Source of the DNA: Macrostomum lignano
Lineage: Eukaryota
Reading direction: 5' to 3'
NCBI GenBank assembly: GCA_002269645.1
Contig: NIVC01004628.1
Location: 1 to 40,237 of the forward strand
DNA: 40,237 nt
A program made the translations under genes and the position numbers. The first letter of the stretch is position 1; each line of letters begins with the position of its first letter. The notes below the pieces were generated by a model that saw nothing but the letters and a program-made list of their open reading frames with translations, searched no databases and had not been told where the DNA came from. Of this stretch, positions 20,344 through 29,750 are shown in pieces.

Positions 20344-23300
20344 TTCCGTCTGCTCCACTGGCTTCATCAATTTATCCGACGATCAGCTCATGGCCACCGC
20401 CGATAGTGGCAGCAATTACGAACTGCCAGAAGTACACGGTGACGCGACTGAAGATAGGCACGCGAGTCTGCAGAGCACTGATAGACAGCGGAGCAGAGAG
20501 GTCGCTGATAGACGAAGCGACGGCGCGCCGATACAGTGACAGCTTCGAGAAGCCGACGACAGAACTGCAAGGAGTACACGGAGGAAAACTCACGCAATCC
20601 GGGATGATCACGTTACCAGTCGAAGCAGGAGACGCAATCGCCAACGTTAAGTTTCACGTCATTCCTAATCTGAGTTCTGGGAGATATCATGCACTCTTGG
20701 GAATTGATTACTTAAGTCAGTTGCAGAAGGGTATGTCTATTAATTACCAACAGCAACAGATGCAGTTAAATGGCAGATCGTATGAAATCATGACAGTCGC
20801 CGCCCAAGAAGCCACAAATAAGATCAGACTAGTCTCCGTGGTAAACCTGAATCCATGGGAAACAGCTCAAATTACAGCCAGAACCGACTCAAAGGAGGAA
20901 CTGCCTGACACGGTACTTTTCGAGCCAGATAGGCGCATCACCGAGAAGAAGGCGATAGGAATGACTCAGGAGATAGTACATCCGGACGAGAAGGGAGAAG
21001 TACAGGTTCTTATATCCAACGAATCAGCCAGACCGATCACTCTGTACCCGGATACAGCCATAGGTTCATATGAGACAGAGATAGAGACATATGAAATAGC
21101 CGCGAATCAGGAACAGGCACCGGCAATGTCAGAGACAGAATTTAGAGATGCGATTAATCTGCAGGGAGCCGAGATAACAGAGGAGCAGAAAGAACAACTA
21201 AGAGAAATCCTCTGGGAGAACAAGGAAGCATTTTGTCTCTCAGATGACGAGATAGGATTTACAGAAGTAGCGAAACACGAACTCCACATAAAACCGAATG
21301 TGGAGGTGAAGCTGAACAAGAGATATCCTATTCCACACCAGCTGACAGGAGAACTGAAGAAGGTGATAGACAGAATGGAGATGCAAGGGATTCTCATGAA
21401 AGCACCGACACCGTATATTTCACCAATTCTCCTAGTCAAGAAAAAATCGGAGTCACCGGAAGCTAAACCAGTGTATCGCCTGTGTGTGGACTTCAGGGAC
21501 TTAAACCGATTGTTGGTCCCCGAGAGGCAGTGTATGCCCAGGATTCCAGATCTGCTGGCCAAACTCAAAGGATCAAAGTACTTCACGACTCTAGACATGG
21601 CCCAGGCATTCTTTCAAGTGGCCCTACACGAGGACAGTAGAAAATACTGCGGGATTTCTACACCGGACGGAGAAACTCTAGTCTTCTTAAGGGCACCGAT
21701 GGGATTACAGTCGAGCCCAGCCGCCCTGTCTAGAGCGGCTAGCATCATCCTCAAAGACATCGAAAGAGTCTCGACATATGTGGACGATTTGCTAGTATTC
21801 ACGGAAAATTTCGAACACCACCTAAAGACACTCAAAAGTACTCTGGAAGCCTTGAAAAAGCACGGATTAAAGCTGAAACTCCAGAAATGTCGTTTTGCGC
21901 AACCCAGCATTACCTTCCTGGGACACAAGATTGACCAGAACGGCATCCAGATAGATCGTACCTTAGTGGATAAAGTACAAAAGGTATCCAAGCCGGACAA
22001 TGTGACTCAGTTAAGGGCATTCCTCGGACTATGCAATTTTTTTAGGAAGCATGTCCCACAATACGCCAAGAAAGTACAACCGCTAACGGATATGCTCAAA
22101 GGGGCACCGACCTCAAAAGGACAAGCAACGAAGACCAACCTAAAGTGGACCGAGGAAGCGAACTACACTTTCGAGGCTATGAAGAAATGGATAGCCGAGG
22201 ACCTCAGGTTAGCACACCCGGATTTCAGTAAGCAGTTCATCGTTTCGAGTGACGCCTCAACTAAGGGAATAGGAGCGATGCTTTCGCAGAAAGATGAGAT
22301 GGGACGGGAGAGACCGATAGCATTCACGAGTAGACAACTCAGAGACGCCGAAACGAGATACGGAATCACTCATCTCGAACTTTTAGCAGTCTACCATGCA
22401 TTCAGAAACTTTGAACAGTTCTTATACGCCGCTCCCATACCTACACTACTGAGAGTAGATCATGCTCCACTCAGAGGCTTACTCACAGGCAGAATACTGC
22501 AGAACAACCAAATTTTGCGATGGTTACTATACTTACAGCAGTTTCAAATACAGATCGAATATGTACCAGGAGCATCAGTCACACATGCGGTACCGGACGC
22601 ACTCTCAAGGTTATACGACGAGAAACCAATGGACCAAGTCAATTATGTCACAATATCACATCCAATCCCACACTTACAAGCACTCAAGGACGCCCAGGCG
22701 GAAGACCCGTTCTGCCAACAAATCCGAGCGATGTGGAACGGAGAATCTGCAGTGGAATCACTGGCCCCGAAGTACAGACGCCACATCGATAGACACATGG
22801 CGGACTACGCGGAGATTGGAGGAGTTTTACACAGAACAGCGGATCAGACACAACAGATCATCCTACCATTTCAGTATCGTGAGACCATTTGCCATTCACT
22901 ACACGCATTGCCATTAGCGGCACATTTGGGATTTGAGAAAACCCTAGAGAGAATCCGCAGACACTACTTCTGGATTACCATGATATCCGACATCCGAGGA
23001 TTCTGCAATAACTGCATAGAGTGCGCCAGGAACAAATCAGGAAAAACCCATAAGGGACTGATTCAGTTTTCGGAGATCCCAATGCGACCAATGGACAAAT
23101 TGTCAGTCGACATAGTGGGTCCAATGGTGCCCACTAAAGTGAGAAATGAAACAGTAACACACATTCTTACAATTCTTTGTTGCTTTTCGAAATTCGCATT
23201 CGCCATTCCGATCCCAGATCTTACAGCTGAAACGACGGCAGAGACACTATTCACAGTGTTCTGTACTTTTGGGATCCCGATTGAGATGTCCACGGACAAT

Positions 23301-24098
23301 GGAAAGAACTTCACAGCGACTCTACTAGCCGAAGCCTTAGAGATATTGGGGATCAAACATATTTTGACATCTCCATATAATCCTCGAGCGAATCATGTGG
23401 AACGGTTACACTCCACACTGCACAACATGTTACGCCACTACACAGCCGAGAATCCAGACCAGTGGCATAAGTACCTGCAGGCGACAATGTTTGCATATAA
23501 CACGGCAAAGCAAGCATCATCGACCTACTCGCCATTCGAGTTAGTTTTCGCCCGACGACCTCTGATGCCTACTCAACTTACTACTCAGTTGAACTTGGTA
23601 AAGTACATGGATGAACCATCATTTGCAGCTAGAATGAAAGAAGCTGTAACACTAGCCAGAGAGATAGCGAGGCACCACCTACAGGTCGCACAAGAAAAGA
23701 ATACCGGAAAAGCAAATGAAAACCGCAAACCGACTACATTGGAAGTAGGGAGTAGAGTTATGTTGCAAATTCCTATGAGACAGGGAAAGCACCAAGCTAA
23801 ATTTACAGGACCCTATGAGATTGTGAAGAGGAGCAGTCAGACTTCAGTCACAATCCGGAAAATCGACGATCCAAATCAGGAGTCCTTTCAAGTGCACACC
23901 GACAGGCTGAAACCAATGGCCACATCAACACCACATGTGATGCTTCCTGACCTCAGACCGAGCGACCCACAGCGCCACCAGCGACAGCCAAGGCAGCGAT
24001 TCACAAAGGAAGTGAGCGTGCAGGCAGAAGAGCTGGACGCGCAGGCCGACACAGCTCGGAAGAAATACAATCTGAGGAGCAAAGTGAAACTTCCTTGA
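20340..24098 (+). CDS. pol: Pol polyprotein: protease, RT, RNase H, integrase (1252 aa)
   Basis: LIDSGAERSLI (PR); YRLCVDFRDLN, LDMAQAF, YVDD (RT); SDAS..ELLAV..VDH (RH); H-H-C-C zinc finger, VDIVGP, TDNG, VERL and FTGPY (IN). Confidence 0.98.
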   Translation: MIPSAPLASSIYPTISSWPPPIVAAITNCQKYTVTRLKIGTRVCRALIDSGAERSLIDEATARRYSDSFEKPTTELQGVHGGKLTQSGMITLPVEAGDAIANVKFHVIPNLSSGRYHALLGIDYLSQLQKGMSINYQQQQMQLNGRSYEIMTVAAQEATNKIRLVSVVNLNPWETAQITARTDSKEELPDTVLFEPDRRITEKKAIGMTQEIVHPDEKGEVQVLISNESARPITLYPDTAIGSYETEIETYEIAANQEQAPAMSETEFRDAINLQGAEITEEQKEQLREILWENKEAFCLSDDEIGFTEVAKHELHIKPNVEVKLNKRYPIPHQLTGELKKVIDRMEMQGILMKAPTPYISPILLVKKKSESPEAKPVYRLCVDFRDLNRLLVPERQCMPRIPDLLAKLKGSKYFTTLDMAQAFFQVALHEDSRKYCGISTPDGETLVFLRAPMGLQSSPAALSRAASIILKDIERVSTYVDDLLVFTENFEHHLKTLKSTLEALKKHGLKLKLQKCRFAQPSITFLGHKIDQNGIQIDRTLVDKVQKVSKPDNVTQLRAFLGLCNFFRKHVPQYAKKVQPLTDMLKGAPTSKGQATKTNLKWTEEANYTFEAMKKWIAEDLRLAHPDFSKQFIVSSDASTKGIGAMLSQKDEMGRERPIAFTSRQLRDAETRYGITHLELLAVYHAFRNFEQFLYAAPIPTLLRVDHAPLRGLLTGRILQNNQILRWLLYLQQFQIQIEYVPGASVTHAVPDALSRLYDEKPMDQVNYVTISHPIPHLQALKDAQAEDPFCQQIRAMWNGESAVESLAPKYRRHIDRHMADYAEIGGVLHRTADQTQQIILPFQYRETICHSLHALPLAAHLGFEKTLERIRRHYFWITMISDIRGFCNNCIECARNKSGKTHKGLIQFSEIPMRPMDKLSVDIVGPMVPTKVRNETVTHILTILCCFSKFAFAIPIPDLTAETTAETLFTVFCTFGIPIEMSTDNGKNFTATLLAEALEILGIKHILTSPYNPRANHVERLHSTLHNMLRHYTAENPDQWHKYLQATMFAYNTAKQASSTYSPFELVFARRPLMPTQLTTQLNLVKYMDEPSFAARMKEAVTLAREIARHHLQVAQEKNTGKANENRKPTTLEVGSRVMLQIPMRQGKHQAKFTGPYEIVKRSSQTSVTIRKIDDPNQESFQVHTDRLKPMATSTPHVMLPDLRPSDPQRHQRQPRQRFTKEVSVQAEELDAQADTARKKYNLRSKVKLP

Positions 24099-24267
24099 CA
24101 TTTGAAGTCAAGGGAGGGAGGAAGTAGACGGACAATTTTCATTTTAAACAATATTCATTCCTCTGTTGGTGTGCGCTCTGATATTTAGAATTATATATTT
24201 TGCACTACTCGTAAGCAGCCACTATTTAATCACTCACAAATATTCAACCCACCCTTCGGATGATCAG

Positions 24268-25029
24268 ATGTATTCGACGGAGCTAGACACAGTGGATGAT
24301 TGCACCATCGATGAGCCGCTCACGACCTACACATTAGTCAAGCCACTGTTTACATCGGCAGAACCAAGCAAGGCAGTCGGGAAGGAGATGAACATTAGGA
24401 ACAGCGCCGCCACTGAACAGCAACGGCGACATCTCCAAGTCCAATGGGCGATCAGAAGATCGAGAAACGGACTGCCGCAATGCCCAGCAACACTGAGGGA
24501 GAGCTACAAACGGGGAGAAAAAGACCTTTCATTCAATGAGTTCTACAACCTTATGGACAAACAGCCCATCCAAAGCAAGCCCAATCGGCATGGTGAGATG
24601 AAACTATTCAATATTCACCTGGACATGCTGGATGCGCCACGAATTCCAGCTAATGTAGTGACGCACTTGACAACGAAGCGCATCCTGGCTGACGACAATA
24701 ACCCAATATGGCTCCTCTCAGACTACAACATTCTACGTAACCGCACAACAATCTTCTTTCACTATGGGGAACAAGACGCGTTCACCTGCGTCATAATCAA
24801 GGTTCTTTGCCGTACTCTAGCCGTCAATCTGATTCACCCTTGGGGCCCGCAACCCAATGCGATATGCACCACGTTATTTAATTACTTGTCCCACGTGCTG
24901 GCCTATCATGGAATACAGAGTAATCGCCACGAAATGACAAAACTAGTAGTCCGAACGTATTCACCGGCGCTGCTCCAGTGGCCACAACTAAAGACGGCAT
25001 TGGAAGCCTCGCTAGCGCCTACTCTTTAG
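24268..25029 (+). CDS. ORF3, accessory protein of unknown function (253 aa from ATG), possibly degenerate RNase H-like fold
   Basis: Long non-repetitive ORF inside the element; ATG directly preceded by a candidate acceptor (...CCCTTCGGATGATCAG). Track start at TTG 24166. Confidence 0.7.
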   Translation: MYSTELDTVDDCTIDEPLTTYTLVKPLFTSAEPSKAVGKEMNIRNSAATEQQRRHLQVQWAIRRSRNGLPQCPATLRESYKRGEKDLSFNEFYNLMDKQPIQSKPNRHGEMKLFNIHLDMLDAPRIPANVVTHLTTKRILADDNNPIWLLSDYNILRNRTTIFFHYGEQDAFTCVIIKVLCRTLAVNLIHPWGPQPNAICTTLFNYLSHVLAYHGIQSNRHEMTKLVVRTYSPALLQWPQLKTALEASLAPTL

Positions 25030-25093
25030 TAGGGATTTAGGGACGCGAAAGTGTAAGGGCATAAGGAGACACGAGAGCAGAGACACTGACACA

Positions 25094-25459
25094 ATGGTAG
25101 GACAGATGGGTCGTCACGACCGGAAGTCTTATCCTTGTGGCACTCTCACTCGAGGTGCAATCCTAAGGCAAGAACCAGTCTCACGGAAAGAACTTTGGGG
25201 AGCGTCTCGCTACCTGAAGATTCTGACCGGTGAACTAGGGGAAGCCAGCCCCGTCAATCAAAGCGAACCCAAACTTAGAATAACCAAGTACAAAGGCAAG
25301 GCACTACCAAATTCCATGATCCAGCACTCATTGTTTTATTGTACAAAAATAGTAACCAGCACCAATACTCACTCCTACACGTTAAGCACTGCACAACAGT
25401 CAATAGCAAAAAATTCAACAAGGGGGATAAGGATAGACAAGAAAAGCACACGATTATGA
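25094..25459 (+). CDS. Possible ORF4 (121 aa, basic, no recognised motif)
   Basis: ATG-initiated, 366 bp; no other support. Confidence 0.3.
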   Translation: MVGQMGRHDRKSYPCGTLTRGAILRQEPVSRKELWGASRYLKILTGELGEASPVNQSEPKLRITKYKGKALPNSMIQHSLFYCTKIVTSTNTHSYTLSTAQQSIAKNSTRGIRIDKKSTRL

Positions 25460-25477
25460 AGTAGCATAGGAAAATTG

Positions 25478-25735
25478 TCAAATTGTCACGACGGTGGACT
25501 CGGCTAGGGGGCTCCGACGCCGCCGGCAGCAGACGAGCAGCAGAACGAGGCCGAGGATCACGAAGACCAGGCCTCCGGCCCCCAGACCGCCAGAGAGTCC
25601 ACGAACGGTCAGGAGGCCGCTTTCAAGGGACGTCGTCCGAGCTATTTCCACGGCTAGGTGGGCCTCTAGGCGGCTGACTCGGGCCTCCAGATGAGACAGG
25701 AGCTCAATGAGCTGGGCAACCTCGTAGCGAGACAT
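25478..25735 (-). CDS. Antisense small single-pass membrane protein (85 aa)
   Basis: True ATG, high GC at third codon positions, heptad-like N-terminus, TM GLVFVILGLVLLLV, then CC-RRRR. Confidence 0.65.
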   Translation of the reverse strand: MSRYEVAQLIELLSHLEARVSRLEAHLAVEIARTTSLESGLLTVRGLSGGLGAGGLVFVILGLVLLLVCCRRRRSPLAESTVVTI

Positions 25736-26464
25736 GAATCGAAATATGCGAGTGACAAGAATGAAGCTAACGATTCGTAATAACGAAGACTAAAAGCCGA
25801 AGATAGTCGCTTTAGAAGGAGCAGGGAACCCCAGTGAGGAATTGATATAACACCGCCTCAGAAGGACGAAGAGAAAGCGAAAATTACAGCCACCCCCTCC
25901 GCCGCGGGGAGCGGACCTCAATGTACATGGCGAGAGGGACAGTAAAACCACCCGTGTCGCCCCAAACCCCCCACGAGACTAAAAATAGCAACAAAAGGCC
26001 CCACAGAAGTCACAAGTCGAGATCATGTTAGTTCAACCACGGCCCCAACAGAAGTAAGATACTGGCGACAGCGGATAACAAACACACCACACCCGAGAAT
26101 CGAGATTGATACAAGATCAGGGGAAACAGCTAAAATCAGAATACACACAATATTATAACCACATGCTATAATGATATAACCCACGCGATGCTATAATCCA
26201 AACTATGTTATCGTCCTGCGAAGTCCAGAAATGTTCAAACACTAATTAACTCAGGACTAAAAACCACGCATATCCACAACTACTTATTCACTATTTACAA
26301 CAATGCTCAAACAAATGAATTATACACACACCCCTTTAGCCTCTTAATCTAATAGTTTCAGATTTCAACGTCTTATATGTTCACATACCTACTGGCAGTA
26401 GACACATTGGCAATTCGAGTAAGACAATAGATTCCATTTCCCTTGACCAGTCAAGGATTTCTTC

Positions 26465-26474
26465 AAAAGGGGGA
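26465..26474 (+). promoter_or_regulatory. Polypurine tract
   Basis: AAAAGGGGGA 3 nt upstream of the 3' LTR. Confidence 0.85.
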
Positions 26475-26477
26475 TGA

Positions 26478-27320
26478 TATAAGACTTAGAAATCTGAACG
26501 GAATTTAAGAGTTCGCTAGCAGAAAGCTAAAAACCAAAAATAGCAACAGCAGAAAGTGCGAGCAAGCGAAAAGGAGAATGATTAGACAAAATCCGCCCCC
26601 AGAGATCAACTATTCATTTCAGCGCAGGCCCGGTTCGGCATGACAGCAGCTGTGCCGACGTGGAGCTGCCTGACACCGGATCCGCAGAGGCGCTGACGTG
26701 GAACCGCCTGAGACCGGACCCGCAGCTGTGCTGACGTGGAGCTCCCGGAATCAACCCGGCCTACCCCGACCTGCAGCTGCCTGCATCGACCCAACCCAGC
26801 AGAAACTGGAGCCGCCCGGACCCGATCGGGAACGAGATCGAGAGGAGGCCGAGTCCGCACAAGAAGGCGGGATCGATGAAAGAAAAGGGGTTGGCGTGCC
26901 TGCCAACCAACTAGTTTAATGACAATAACGGTACTAGACTCGAGGCTGCGACCTCACTCACCCCAAATTCCCATGCGTACTGTTGCTATGGTATTTTCTT
27001 CCCCTCGGATCGAGGGTTTTAAAGACATTATATATATCGGAGCGGAGCGCGGAAAAAGAATCGCCGCGCGAGTCAGTTAGAGATTCTATTTGAATTCCGT
27101 TACGTTAAACACATTAGAAAACTCATAGTGTTTGTGTTATTTCTTGAGTAGAATCTAAGATAAGGATCCCGAGAGATCATCACAGCCAGCCAGTATACTG
27201 AGTGTCGATAGTCGTTAGGGAGTTATAGCCTTCAAGACATCTAGACTGCAATAATCCGCTAGACCAATTATACGAAAAATATAAGTAAAGACAAGAACCA
27301 TCAAAACTTGAAGCGCTATA
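26478..27320 (+). repeat. 3' LTR (843 bp)
   Basis: Differs from the 5' LTR by one G insertion and three substitutions in my manual comparison. Confidence 0.95.
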
Positions 27321-28949
27321 AAAATAAATCCAAATTTCTAAATTATTATTTAGCATATATAAAGTTTAAAATATCTAAAAATCTCGATAATATAGGTATA
27401 AATAATAAATAAGTAATAATTAATGATAGTGACAAAAATTAAGTAAGGCATAAAAATATCCCTCTTTTAACAAGGTTACGCTAGCTGGACTAGGGCTGTT
27501 TTCTAGAAGTTAATTGAATATAAAATAACTTGGAATATATACAATTCCAAATTATGAAGAAACAAAGATGCAAAACAAAAACCCAACTATTCAACAATCA
27601 GAAAGTTTTTTTAAATAGGGACTCTAAAGAATGAAAAAGTAAAGCTGGACTTTTGAAAATATGATACATATTTGCATAGCAGCTAGCTATACCTATGTAT
27701 AGTAGTGTAAATAGTTTCTGTAGCCTAAAAATATAGGGTATGGTATAGCCATAGGAAGTAGCTATGAGTAATTCTATCACATTTTCAGAGCACTTTTACT
27801 GAGCACTTAGGAGTTCGATGGCAGCTTATGAAAATGATTCTTAGAAAATACAAATACCGTGACAACGATCGCAAAGTCGTAATATGAATTGCTAAACACG
27901 TGATTGGGGAATCTACCGGAAACTAGGTGAGGTGCCTTAAAATTTTTAATTGTAATGCATGTGTAAAAAGTCACGAAATAAAACGATCCATAGAAGTCCT
28001 GCAGAATAAAACAAGCTTTATTGCGCTTATACAAGTTTTGAAAAGGTCACATTATTTACTTCGATTTAAGCATTCAAACACGTGTAGATATATAGACGAT
28101 CGAGCTATATTGAGGCAAATTTTTGACCCGAGTAGTTAAATTCTAGGCCTCAAAACAGTAAAATTGTGAATATACCCCATTTTTCAGGATTTTTGCTTTG
28201 AAAAATATTTTTATTCTGCTCTATTTTATTCTATCTACACTTTGGTCCCGGACGGAAGCGTAAAAATTTGCACAGCTATACGAGTAACTCGAAGGACTTA
28301 TGACGAGCTTAATAAACTTTGGTAGCTATTATGCACGTATTTTGCAATCAGATCTTAATTCCCAAAATATTTCTAGGAAGCATGAAACGCCACGTCGCTG
28401 CATTTACAATGCATGTAGAAATATAGTTCATTAATCTGCATTGTCTTGGTGTTGTTTCTTTCAGGGTTCGACAGAACTGCAGTCTGCGGCCATACAGGAG
28501 TGCGGTCCAATGGCGTGTACTCATTTGTATACAATTGTATGTTCAGCTACCGATACAGTAGCTACATCAGCTTACCTGTACCTACTATTATAATACATGT
28601 ATAGATCAAACACGTACGTCGTTAAACTTCCCGACACCACACGGTGCCAGGCTAAGTTTTTGCCCTTGGACAACTGCATGAGTATAAACATGCAGTTAAA
28701 TTTTACTCTGTGCGTCCCAACGCCTGGCAGTATGCTATAAACTATAGTCACTATGGAGCAGGGGACCGACCCGATCGCAGGTACCACAAGACTGCATGAC
28801 AAATTCAATACAATTCTTTTGCAATTTTAATTTAAACTTGGACGTTTGTGTGAAATAATTAGGCCATAGAGATTTTCAGGGTATGCAAAATGCATAAATA
28901 CTCACGTGTACAACCGATTAACTCATACTAACTTGTCAGTATCCGCTAA

Positions 28950-29644
28950 ATGCACAGCTGGTCGGTCAAGATGATTCGCAAAGATACCAAAATGCAAGTA
29001 AGCAACGACAGAATCTACATGGTTGGCAAGTTACGATACTTCTTACTGGTAAATTGCAGCAAGAAAGCCTATTGGAAGCTAAGCATCGCAGCGGGTCGTT
29101 TTGTACAAGCGAATTACAAGGCTTTACTTGCACTGCTTTCGTCGAAATCTGCTGGATCAAGAGGTCGAGATGATGCCACGGTTGACGGCTCGGCTCAGTT
29201 GCCTTTCTACATAACAGTCAATCGCACGGAAAACAAGAAAACTCGGATGAGCGTATCAGCCACCGTTGATGAGCGCAATTTGCTGTATTTATCCTCGGCG
29301 ACAGTCGATGACAAGCTAAGAATGCGCTTGAAAAACGGTCGCAGAGACTATCGAGTCTGCGTTCAAGGCTCCATCGGCCTTGTTGAAACTGAATCCAACC
29401 TTTCAATTGACACCGTTTCGTGCACCAATGCGACAGCTGACGCTCGCACCTGCGAGGCCAATCTCGCGAGTGTTATGCACACCGACTCAGCTGACCTACT
29501 GACGGCCGCTCCGACGCCGTCTGCGCCGCGTCGACGTCTGTTGTCTGATAACTACGATGCCGAGACAATGGGCCGCCTGTTTCGAGAACGATACACCACA
29601 CTGCGCGGGGAGTACTTTATTTTCTATTCTCACGGTGAATTAAT
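28950..29644 (+). CDS. TTLL10: TTLL10-like gene, first visible coding exon (5' boundary uncertain)
   Basis: Open frame ending at phase-2 donor AT|GTGAGC (29645); spliced junction YFIFYSHGELI|CRKMLNAMGF aligns without gaps to recalled TTLL10 FYIGGSNGASIISNYCKSKGW. Confidence 0.55.
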
Positions 29645-29750
29645 GTGAGCATGCTGTGCTGTATTTTTACTATAGTATACGGTCAAACCGCAGGTAAAAT
29701 TTCATTTGAAATCAATCGTACGAGAAAACTTTTAACTCCCTTAGTCATAT

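Larger units (their letters stand above)
14710..27320 (+). mobile_element. Full-length Ty3/Gypsy (Metaviridae) LTR retroelement with gag-env / pol / accessory ORF layout
   Basis: Two near-identical LTRs, PBS, PPT, uninterrupted ORFs, pol domain order PR-RT-RH-IN. Confidence 0.97.

Noticed and set aside
17140-23535. Antisense and alternate-frame ORFs overlapping gag-env and pol (e.g. 21107-21598, 22462-22917)
   Set aside because: Expected shadows of long coding sequence; mostly non-ATG starts and no motifs.
25740-26200. Further hydrophobic minus-strand peptides upstream of the 85-aa antisense ORF
   Set aside because: No ATG starts, under 60 aa, and explained by the A/C-rich plus strand.
29676-29693. 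18-nt micro-exon (TTTACTATAG...CAG|GTAAAA)
   Set aside because: Would need a 31-nt upstream intron, and the direct 29644-31094 join already gives a gapless TTLL10 alignment.
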